The notes below the pieces were generated by a model, which was not told the DNA's origin, did no database searches, and saw only the letters and a list, made by a program, of their open reading frames with translations. A stretch of 64,000 bases of DNA from Takakia lepidozioides. Its lineage: Eukaryota > Plantae > Bryophyta. The DNA lies in the NCBI GenBank assembly GCA_030704615.1, contig CM060733.1, positions 40,672,001 through 40,736,000 of the forward strand. The letters are read 5' to 3'. Positions 1 to 10,912 of the stretch are shown here, piece after piece (position 1 is the stretch's first letter; every line of letters starts with the position of its first letter). Made by a program: the position numbers and the translations under genes.

Positions 1-1458
1 CTTTCAAGCAGAGATTAACAGTATCCAGGGTGGAGAGTATCAAAACTCAGTGGCTGCTTTAAACAGAAATAAGGAGGCAGATTAAGGCATCATTGACGAC
101 ACCTTAATCTGGTCTGTCAAAAACACTTTCCAGGGATACCTTGAAGCAGATATGAACTGGATTAGTTGTGGGTAGTCTGCACCTTGACGGATGTCTTGGA
201 CATAAATGAACATGCGAATTAAGGCATCGTTGACGATACCTTAATCTGGAGTGGAAATGTAGTTTCCGGGGATACTATGAAACAAAGAGGAACACGATCA
301 GGGGTGGAGAATATGATCATAGAAGGGTTGTTTAAAATACAGACATGGAGGCAGATTAAGGCATCGTTGACGACACCTTAATCAGGCCTGTCAAAAACAC
401 TTTCATGGCATACTTTGAAGCAGATATAAACATGATTAGTGGTGGGTAGTCTGCACTTTGAGGGATGTCTAGGACATAAACGAAGGAGGCAGATTAAGGC
501 ATCGTTGACGATACCTTAATCTGGAGTGTAAAAGCAGTTTCTGGGGATACTATGAAACAGAGAGGAACACAATCAGGGGTGAAAAACCAACTCATAGAAG
601 GGCTGTTTAAAGCAAAAATAAGGAGGCACATTAAGGCATCGTTGACGACACCTTAATCAGGCTTGTCAAAAATGCTTTCACGGCATACTTTGAAGCAGAT
701 ATAAACAGGATTAGTGGTGGGTAGTCTGCACTTTGAGGGATGTCTAGGACATAAAAGAAGGAGGAAGATTAAGGCATCGTTGACGATACCTTAATCTGGA
801 GTGTAAAAGCAGTTCTCGGGGATACAATGAAACAGAGAGGAACACGATCAGGGGTGGGGAATATTCTCATAGAAGGGCTGTTTTAAACAGAAATAAGGAG
901 GCAGATTAAGGCATCATTGACAACACCTTAATCTGGCCTGTCAAAAACACTTTCCAGGCATACTTTGAAGCAGATATAAACAGGATTAGTGGTGGGTAGT
1001 CTGCACTTTAAGGGATGTCTAGTACATCAAAGAAGGAGACAGATTAAGGCATCGTTGACGATACCTTAATCTGGAGTGTAAAAGCAGTTCCTGGGGATAC
1101 TATGAAAAAGAGATGAATACGATCAGGGGTGGGGAATCTGCTCATAGAAGGGTCGTTTCAAACAGAAATAAGGAGGCAGATTAAGGCATCGTTGACGACA
1201 CCTTAATCTGCCCTGTAAAAACACTTTTCAGGCATACTTTGAAGCAGATATAAACCGGATTGGTGGTGGGTAGGGCTGTTCTAAATACAAACATGGAGGC
1301 AGATTAAGGCATCGTTGACGATATCTTAATCTGGAGTGTACAAAGTGGACTTCGATGCATAGAGGAAGAGGATCGGGTGTCGAGAGTAGTCATATTGAAT
1401 GAGTGTTTAAATCTGAAATAAGGAGGCAGATTAAGGCATCGTTGACGACACCTTATTC
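1..1458. repeat. Tandem array of a 30-bp palindrome (GATTAAGGCATCGTTGACGA[C/T]ACCTTAATC), period ~137 bp, alternating A/B units; runs off the left edge
   Basis: 11 copies starting at about 80, 217, 354, 492, 629, 767, 904, 1042, 1179, 1302 and 1429. Odd copies (GACGACACC) and even copies (GACGATACC) are followed by two related spacer types, giving a ~275-bp dimer. Confidence 0.95.
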
Positions 1459-3260
1459 CGTTCTGTCAAGTAGACATTGATGCTGAGGGAAAACACAAAT
1501 GAATGCAGAAAAAAAGGAAGAAGGCGGGGGAAAGCCAACCTGTACAAGAGACATCTGCTCCTGATACTCAAGATGAAGACCCATCTGACAATTACGAAGA
1601 TAAAGTGCATTCACTGATGTACACCTCCAAGGTAAACTCCAGGAAGGTCATAAATTCCATGGAAGTTTGGGACGACACTCTTATGATTCCCCTATGCAGG
1701 ATGATTTCCATGCCTGCCGTTCGTCCAGCCCTGCATCATGATATCAAGAAGCTTCAGGGTGATTTCATCCATGGGTACTTGAAGGGCTCCGCAGTTTTTT
1801 ACGTTTCAGTGACAGATATCCAGGGATCGGAGAAAATGGTTGACGAAGAGATTATGACCGGTTGGGATCCACTTTGGAATGAGGTGAATTCGGAGTTTGA
1901 GGCAGAGCTTTCCTATAACCCATCTCACAGGCAGTACATGGGGAAGATGTTCTTCGTATGGGATGGTAATCACCGTTTGGTTGCTTGGATGGAATATATC
2001 ACGAGAATGTATGCCGACAACAAAGACTGGCATCACCGAGTAGTGTCAATGGTTTTGGATCCACAAGGCATAATAACACAACTTCTGACTGCCATGCACG
2101 ATGTCAACAAGTAAGTCTTGTTTCGTTTCCTTTTATGAACTACATGAAGTCCCTCGCTTCAAGATTCTTGTACTCATTTGCTTTCAATGCAGGGGCACGG
2201 AGACATCACACATCACCACGAACATAGTGCATACACTATTTTGGATGCAAAGTATAGGAGTCATGCCGTTGGAAACATTCGCCAGCGTCTTGTCTACGGA
2301 GACACTGAAGAAATGCCAAACAATCAAGAAGTCTGAAACTTGGTACAATCTGACGAGGGAAGCTTTCCTCGAGTACTTATACGCGGTAAGACTAGTTCCT
2401 TTTCAATCTTGAGTTTTCTTTCATTTTTGGATTGAAGATGTAATAATAGGCCAACGTTCTTGTGTCACAGCAAGAAATTGCGGATGCTGGAGAGCGAGCG
2501 AAGCTGGAGTATTATGCCACTACTCCGGAGGAAGAGAGAATAGCGAACGGGGTGGAAACCAAAATGAAAGATGAGATGGATACGGCGAGGAAAAACCTCA
2601 AAAGTGCGTTTGACAAGCACATACGAATTGTTGACCCTGGGCTGGGAAAGGGGTTTCTGGAGCAGATTCGGATACACTGGAACAAGCCCACCAAGCCTGA
2701 GATGACACAGGAAAAGATCCACCGTCTGTCGATTTCCATGGTTGAGCCGGCTCAAAAAGTGAGGTGGCTCGAAATCTGGAACTCGGATCCAATCGTCCAG
2801 GACACCAACAATTTCCCAAAACCGCATAGGGACCCTGAGACATAAGTGGTGACACCTGTGAGCGACCGTGCATTTGAGACATGGTTGCATAAAGCTACCT
2901 TCTGGAGCCAGGTAAGAATTTTCAAACGTTCCACATTGTTCGCAATGACTTCACTGGTTTTTGGGTTTAACCACTGAGGGTACATCGTTGTTTATGCAGC
3001 TGGAGAAGCGGGCCATTGAAACATTGGAGAAGTCACTACTAGACTACAAAATCACCATAACATCTCCCAGCATCAAGTTTGAGTCCTACGTTCGTAAATG
3101 GAGAAGGGAGCTCTGGAAGTATGCATTTTTCCGGGAGTTCGAGAAGGAGGGAGGGATTCTTCGATCTAAAGATTTCGATCATCAGTACAATGGCGAGGAG
3201 GCAATGAAATGTCTGCTGTACAGGTGTGTGCACTAACTCAATTCTTTTTCTGTGAGGGGA

Positions 3261-3290
3261 AATTAAGGTGTCGTCAACGACACCTTAATT
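3261..3290. repeat. Intronic copy of palindrome 1 (perfect 14-bp arms)
   Basis: AATTAAGGTGTCGT-CA-ACGACACCTTAATT. Confidence 0.9.
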
Positions 3291-3341
3291 TGCGCAATAT
3301 TGTTAGGCCCATTCCTGCTTATCCTTCTAGGACTTTCATCC

Positions 3342-3918
3342 TGTAAGGGGGTTCGGTTTAAGGTGGCCTCAATGTCTCCACGTCTGTCCCTAATTTCAAT
3401 TGTAAAGCAGTCTTGTGGTGTTCACTCGGAGCTTCCGCTGCTCACCGGGACATAATGGTCCCCAGGCCCCCCCACCCATCTTGCTCCCCCACGGAACCCA
3501 CTCTCGCTTTCCGGCTCGCTTGCTCGTTCACTAGCTTTTGGTCGGTTGATGGGCTTGCACCCTTCGCGGGGTCGCTACCCCTTATATATACTTCTGCAAG
3601 TGTCCGCGGGGGTCTCACAAACAGCCCATGTCTCTTCTGGCGAACCACCACCGTGACCCTCGACTCCCGGTGAGTCTTGCCCACCCACCACGGCCCCAAT
3701 GGACCGTGGAGCCCCAAGACTCCCCACAACTCCCACCACAAGGCTTCAGCCCCACGGTGAGTCCTATGCCACCCCCACTACGACTCCCTATGCTACGACC
3801 ACCCCCGCTCGGAGCCCCCACCGCAAACCCGGCTTGCGAGGCTCCCCCTAGTGAGCGCCTCCGCCCCCTTGAGCGCCTTCCGTCCTCGAGGGTGCTTCAG
3901 CCCCCATTCCTACTGTCA
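3342..3918. mobile_element. LTR fragment/solo LTR of the Gypsy family at 48-53.7 kb, inserted in an intron
   Basis: Begins TGTAAG. 3480-3910 is clearly similar to 48220-48660 (ctttccggctcgct..., tatatacttctg...gtccgcggggg..., gtgagtcctatg). Confidence 0.7.
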
Positions 3919-3949
3919 TTGTCTTTTTTTATTGCTATTTGAGAATGGG

Positions 3950-4100
3950 AATTAAGGTGTCGTTGACGATACCTTAAATCCATGCTCTCTTGGGATGAGT
4001 GAGCATTACATGGTCTGATTTGTGGGAAAATTGCCAACATCAGTTGTGGAGTCCTGCCTCTTAGTGCCTGGATTAAGATGTCGTTGATGACATCTTAATC
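3950..4100. repeat. Two further intronic copies of palindrome 1 (3950-3980, 4071-4100)
   Basis: AATTAAGGTGTCGTTGACGATACCTTAAATC and GATTAAGATGTCGTTGATGACATCTTAATC. Confidence 0.85.
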
Positions 4101-4943
4101 CTCAGAGTGAAATGCAGCCATTTATAGCAGTTCTATGGCCATTTCTGTTGTGTTCAAGGAAACTCTCTAAGCGGGATGGTCTTCTTCTCTGCAGGTACTT
4201 TCGCTTTGTTCTTATTCCGGAGAACACCCCACACTTCATTCGTGGATGGGCGAACCCAAACGATGAAACCACAATGTACACTGCTGGCATTGTGAAGGAC
4301 TGGGGTTGGGCACATTACCATGACTGTGGGTGGTACGTGGACTGCCCGAGAGCTTCGATTCCCTGGGAGGAGAATGTCATGAGGAATCAGAACGAAAACG
4401 CAGATTCACTGGCCCCCCTGACAGATGAGGAGTTGCAGCAAAGAGCCTTGGCGCTACTGAATAAGAAAGAGCCTACAAAACCGGCCACCCCTTCTGACGG
4501 CAAGAAAAAAAAGAAGGGGAAACAGACAGTGGAGGCTACAGCGGCTGATGCGGGTACTGGGGCTGCTGGGGAAGCAGTGACAGACCCTCCTGACACAGCT
4601 GGGCCAGCTGGGGCTTCTGTTCATTTGGCTGTGCAACCTGCCCAGAAACAGCAGACACAGGTCGCCAACACATCCACCACTGTAGATCGGCGCAGTACAC
4701 ACATAGCAAAGAAACGCCCTTACGAAGCACGGCTGTGTGTGTCCAGGGTTGTGGGCCCGCACTTCCAGCGTAAAACGGCCAACGTGAGCTTCCTCCGTAT
4801 GATGGAGTCAAGAAAGTCCACTTTCGTGGGTATGAAGTCACCTACATGGGACCATCTGTGCTCTTTCCTCACCCTGGTGAGCCCGCCGCATCTATCATAC
4901 TCTGGTCATTTTTTATGCATTGTTGGGGGAGCGTAGGTGGTGC

Positions 4944-4971
4944 ATTAAGATGTCGTCAACGACATCTTAAT
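4944..4971. repeat. Copy of palindrome 1 in the probable intron before the MTase exons
   Basis: ATTAAGATGTCGTCAACGACATCTTAAT. Confidence 0.85.
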
Positions 4972-6894
4972 ATGGGAGGTGCAACGATCACTGGTTTGGG
5001 TGTCTCCACTGCAATTTGTCTATCTCATACGATTGCCTGTCCTCATTTGAGGTGACCAGGACGCCATGTTGGGTGAATGGAGTGCAGCAGCCCTACGCGA
5101 CAGATCTTGTCAGCCTTGACATCCCAGATGGGCTTCCAGTGCCTGATATCATTCCCACAGATGTGACTCCAGCCTGTAATGCTCATAATCCACTTTACTG
5201 GCAGTGGGCCTTCTCTTTCAGCAACAAGTTTCTGTCTGACGCGGGGTCGCTTTTGATTTTCCAGGGTGAGGACATGGCATCCCGCCGGTTGCTTCACAGC
5301 TACATGAAGTTGTCGGGGTTCAAAATCCGCAAAATTTGGACCTGTGTGAACACCCTGCCACTATCTAATGCAGAGTTTCCCGGACAGAAGGTGCTCGCCT
5401 GGGTTTTTTTGTGTGTTATTGTTTCGTGGAATTTCCCTTCACAACGTTTCTAACATTGGTGCTGCTGCAGACACTTGTGTTCAAGGCCATTTGTCTTGCT
5501 CAAATTCAGCCAGACACCACTCCTGCTCATGTTGGCCATTTTGACGTTTGGGAAGGGGAGCTTCACATAGACCCTGAATGCGACCCTTGTGCAATCCGAT
5601 GTTATCCACAACTATCTTGCTGTGGACGCAATAGAGTTTCTTTCTTCTTTCTATATTGTCTGGACATGATCCCCCCATACATTGAAAAAAACTGGTGGCA
5701 TTCCATGAAGAGGTGCTCGGGAGAAGTCACCCGCTTTCATGCAGACTTTGATTGAGACATGCAGCCGGCATGGTGGGAAAGTGGTGGACCTGTCCATGGG
5801 TACAGGTTGGTACCCAATCATATTCCATTGCTTGGGTGCACTTCTTTGCCTTCAGATTCTGCTTCTTACTTTGTTTCGTGGATTTGCACTGTTGCAGGGG
5901 CTTCCTTCCATGTATGCAAGTATGCAGGAAGGCATTTTTTTGGGATGGAGGGGGACGAGCATCTCTACTCTCAAGTCATCGCACCTCTGTCTGGGGGTTC
6001 ATCGCATTCGACCCAGACTGAGAACATTGTTGTGGAGCAGGATCTGCAAAAGCCCGATGCTCTAGATGTTGATTCCGATTTCTCATGTGAGTAAGTGCTA
6101 GTTCAGTTGTGGCACTTCACTGACACGACGACGCATCCTTCCATTTCCATCTTTCCTGCACAAGTTGGGCCAGCAGAATGTATATGGACTTACATTGTTT
6201 GTTTGTGTGTACAGGAGCCCAAGGTCGTCACGGTTCCTCCCTTTCTTTGCAAACCCGCAATTTTTCCCAAGTCCGAAAGCAGATTTTAAATTGCCATGTT
6301 GTGCGGAGGCTGCAGCTTCGGAATTTAGTCTCTTCTCTTCTCCCCCTAGTTTGCTTTTGAACAGAGAGGGTTTTGTGCAAAGCAGGGCTAGTGTCTTCAT
6401 AGACAGTTCTGCCATCGTTTTGGACGCCGACTCCAGTAGCACAGAATATTCTTTGTCGGAATGAATCTTCAGTTATTAAAAAATTAAGTTTGAAGCACCA
6501 AATGGCCTCTCCACCTTCTTTGCAACTGTGTGTCAGCAACTATGTCGAGTTCTGATTGTTGGTGAAAGGACAATCACAACCCTCACCAGTAGGCAGAAGA
6601 TAGCTGGGGGGATTTAGCAACCACTACTCAAAAATGCATCTTAGTTTTGCATTCATCTACAAACGACATTCATCCATGTACCATTCGTCGAACATCCTTT
6701 CATCCCCCATTCATCCATCGTTCGTCCATAACGATGAATGATGTGTGCATGATAAACTTGACACAACCCGTAGTAATAGGTCCTCTTGGCCGAATAGGTG
6801 TCCGCGGTTATAGGTGAGCACATGCAGATTCGTGAGCATAATTCTGCTCACGGAATTTTCTGCTCATAAAATCTGCTCACAGTTTAGCAATCCC

Positions 6895-7160
6895 CCCCTA
6901 GGCCTAGATATCCCAAACATGAGGATCTCTAGATGCATAGGGGATTGCACTTGGGCTTCAATTTCAATTCTTTACAATAGCACATGCTACCCTAGATCTC
7001 CCAAACAAGAGGGTCTTTGATAGATAGGGGATTGCACTTGGACTTAGATGACATTGGACACTTGGGCCAACAGCACAGACTATTGGACACATATGGGTTT
7101 ACACTTGGACTTAGATGACATTTGTCACTTGCATGGCCAACAGCACAGGCTACCCTAATA
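6895..7160 (+). mobile_element. Non-autonomous Helitron-like fragment (same family as 18.0-19.0, 25.3-27.1 and 62.8 kb)
   Basis: Shared modules ggggattgcacttggacttagatgacattggacacttgggccaacagcacaggctacccta. Confidence 0.6.
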
Positions 7161-7739
7161 ATAGTGAAAGAAGATAATATTCACTATTTAAAGTATATTC
7201 TTTGTCAAATTCCAACACGCACAAGGATATGTCAAACCACACCTATGAATTTTATATAGCTTGGTTGTAATGAGAGGTAATGAGGGGGTAATAACACGAA
7301 TAGCATTTCTCACAAGGAGCAAACTAGCTTTGGATGAAATGGTTTATAAGAACTCTCCACCCTATCATAGAACACAACAAGTTATTCTCTTCTTAGCTCT
7401 TCTTATTTATACTCAAATCTATTATTTGAGATAACTATAGCATAATTGCATGCTAAAACAACTATTCTGATACTCTGCCTTTAGTCAGTGCTAGCTTAAG
7501 CTAATTGAGGCTACTTGAAGCTTATCCCTCTTAACTTTGACTTGTCAACACCGCTGTTATTACATGATTAAGCCTCAACTGCCACAGAAAAAGAGATATA
7601 AGTAATGTCATGAATATATGGAGTTGAGGTGAATTACAAACCGAAATAAATCAAGCATGCTAATTTTGGTTAGTCGACCTCTACAGTGGACATTCAAAAA
7701 AGTACATTGGAGTGTATTGATCAATGTTGGACCAATATA

Positions 7740-8160
7740 TAGGGGGAGGGCTGGTAGATATTTGATACCAGACAAGTCTGGTATTGTTTGGGAAAATACA
7801 TGGTCATATATACCAGTCTCCAGACCAAGTTGGCATCAGTTTTTTCATACCAGCCACAATACTAGTACTCCCCGGCCGTCTTCCTCATTTATTCTGGTAT
7901 ACATACTATACTAATTTATATGTACATATGCATACATACTTGTACTTCAAGATGGCTTTGGAATGATACCAGAGTTGATACCTCATACCAGCTGGTATTG
8001 TGGTCATGATACTCATATTCATACCAATATATGGAAAAAAAAATACATCCACCATAAAATAGACCAGACTGGTATGAAAGTTCTGTGATATGTCTGGTAC
8101 CAGGACCAGACTGGTATGTAAAAACCATGATACCAGTCCAACACTAGTATTGATATCCAT
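7740..8160. repeat. MITE-like segment rich in inverted ATACCAG/CTGGTAT motifs
   Basis: Repeated ataccag...ctggtat pairs, e.g. gataccagacaagtctggtatt and cataccagctggtatt. No termini identified. Confidence 0.4.
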
Positions 8161-10912
8161 CATAAAGATGCTTTACTTGACAACCCGCATGTGGAAGAAC
8201 CGATCATACAACAAATCAAACCATTTTGTGGAAATTGGTCATCTCGCGGGGCCAGCGAGGAACATTGAGGTCTTGCAAATGTTATTGAGAGCACATGCGA
8301 GCATCACCACCTGCTCCAAATCCTATTCCGGCACCTCCATGTGGCAACACTCCCTACCTGCACCCTCCAAAATGATAAATTTTCCCTGCTAATAAATCAT
8401 TTGCAGTTATAATATTATTTGCTTCTTGCTCCTCAGTACAAATCTCAGAGGTTAAAATAGTACTGGAAGGAGTCAATGTAAGTGGATAAATGTGCTACCC
8501 ACTCTGTTGCTCACCTGATAAGCAACTCTGCTTCATGCACGCATTGGGCCACAGATATTTATCTCCTCCCCTGTTCACACACAAACCATTTCATAAATAG
8601 ACATGAAGAGGCTGTTTTATCATTTGATCATTGAGATGAGGGAGAAGCAAGCAAATTCAGTGTATAAGATCAGAAGTGGTATTGTCCACCTAGCAAATGA
8701 ACTGCTATAAAGGGGGTCAGCCCAACAAGGCATGGTGTAAAAGGGCCTGACTGATGCCAGACGACGTAGAAATCTGTGTGGAACCTGGCATGATAGGATC
8801 CTTCATGAGGACTCATAAAGAAAAGGATATTAAGTTGCTACAAAAAGGAAAAGTTTGCCAACATTACCAAGAAATTTCCCAAGCTTACTTGTCTTTAACA
8901 AGCTTCCCAAGCAGCCTCTGTCTCTGTGTGTTGAGGTCCCCCATCAGATCAACCTTCACTCCAGCTTCCTGCAAGTATTGACAAACAAGAATGTTTGCCA
9001 GATAATCTGGGTATCACAGTGAAAACAGCAATGCAAATTATCACAAAACCAGCTGACTTTCCCAGTAAAATCTGAGTGAAGAAACCACAAATGTAGGAAT
9101 GTATGAAAGAAAGAGCCACATAAGCGAAGAAGAGGAAAGACCTTTATTCCCCGACTGATGCGTAGTGCACCCTCCCCCACCCCATGACTGTTAGGGGTTT
9201 CATGAAGGGGTTCTGAGCAGGCTATCACCGCACTGCCACTCCCTTTCCTGTCTACATATGATACTTACTCATGCAGTGGTTCCTATGCTACTTTGTCACT
9301 GACTGGTCATGTCAATTTTGGTTCAGTTGGCCTCTCAGCCTGCCCTCCAGAAGTGTCTGGACTAAGTGGTGAGGTCTTATCCCACCATTTTTGAGTTGTT
9401 TTCTCTCAGACACTAGTCAGCTCAACCCCTCACCCTTCCTTTGTCTGCACTTGATGCAGCTATCTGTCCACAGACCCTGCCAAAGTGTGCATTTCCTGTC
9501 TTGCCAAGGTTGTCATGAATTAACGTTGTCATGAAATAACCTTGTGCACCTGCTAGTGAGCAGAGAGAGAGACGGATTGGCGGACGGGTCAGACACAAAC
9601 CTCAAGTAATGCCAAACTTTCAGCAAAATTGAGGCGAAGAGTCTCTTGCAAATACTGCCATCCATCCATACAAGCTTTCCAGCATCAGCACATCTTGACA
9701 CGCCAAGACACTCAATGGAAATTGTGAGGAACGTGAAGCCTCAAGGCTCAAAACTTGGGATCACTCAAAGGCTGCCTTTCCTGATATTGCAAGCCACATG
9801 GGTCATCCAAAAGCCTATGGTGTCTGGGATCCTCAGCGAAAGTGGCAAACTATACCTGAAGAGGCTCAAATGGATCCTATGCATCTATTGCCTGCAACTG
9901 CTTAGCACATTTTGCATTAATCCCATCAAATATGTCAAGATCCACACCAACTTGGCCCTTGGTAATAGGATCTCTCTCACTTTGTTGACACTTACCCTGT
10001 TACAGCTCCGGTCCTTCTCCAGGTCTATATGTCATACTTAGCTCCCCAATATTTCTTTGTCCCACTCACAAATGGCCATTTGCATAGGCAGCAGATCACA
10101 AGTCAGTGCCACTAAATTGGGAGGTGGAACTCGCCTGAGGAAACCAGAGGGACGGGTTCCTGCACGCTTATGCTGTATTGAGTTTATGTACCGATCTTAA
10201 GGTTCCCACAAATGAGGCCCTTCCAACCCAGTTACCAAATCCACATACATGACCGCCATGGCAGTATTGCCCCCCTCCCTCTCAGCAATAAAAACTCAGT
10301 GGCCTCTGTTGCCCAGCACACCTTATTCCTTTCTGCCTTTATGCCGCCAGAAAGTTAGATTAAGGGTGAGCAATGAACTTCGTTGTTTCTTAAATTTCAA
10401 GTATGAATTTGACAGATGCATTCACATGAATCTGGCAGCCACATCTTCACCTGATGCTCGCCCAATCCACCATGTTCCTGGTGTAATGTAATAACTTCAT
10501 TACTCAATAGCAACATGACAATTGATATCCATCCATTGTCTCATTAATTGGTGACATAACTGCCATAAAGCAGACCACCTTGAATCTTGCCAAAACCTCT
10601 ACAACCACACCTATCAATTAACCCTGATTGTCATCGCTTATCTTTTTCAACCCACTCATATTTGTGGTCTCAACCCTGCACAGCCAAAACCACTGCACAC
10701 TGTTACTGATTGCTACAATAAGCAGCCCACAGATATACCAAATCCAGATTTTTTGCTACCACCTTCACACCCTCATAAACAAATACACTGGCAAAACAAG
10801 TCGCAAATGTTTTGACCGTCTGAATCCATACAAGTAGATGCTAGAGAACAGACTTGCAGAAGTGCTCCAGTACAAGCAGCAAATCTCGTCAAATGAGTCC
10901 TCGGAAAATAAG

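Larger units (their letters stand above)
1503..6464 (+). pseudogene. Spliced ParB/Srx-like domain + beta-class amino (N4-C/N6-A) DNA methyltransferase fusion, copy 1 (disabled)
   Basis: Exons approx. 1503-2110, 2193-2385, 2471-2911, 3000-3223, 4195-~4830, ~5050-5390, 5471-5805, 5898-6086, 6214-6464, mostly with clear GT-AG ends. ParB-like motifs VRP..., FFVWDGNHRLVAW (WDGNHR 1959-1976), AMHDVN. MTase motifs in beta order: DLVSLDIPDG (IV), FLSDAGSLLIF (VI), REKSPAFMQTLIE (X), KVVDLSMGTG/ASF (I), GRHFFGMEGDEHLY (II). In-frame stops at 2843 and ~5706 and a frameshift near 5590. Confidence 0.8.

Noticed and set aside
80-1458. CRISPR array
   Set aside because: Spacers are ~107 bp and homologous to each other, there are no cas genes, and the context is eukaryotic.
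1503-6464. Bacterial or phage contamination as the source of ParB-MTase
   Set aside because: Multiple GT-AG introns are shared by two copies, and plant TEs are nested within and around them.
9240-10500. Possible gene or retroelement remnant
   Set aside because: No recognisable motif in the short ORFs; could not assign.
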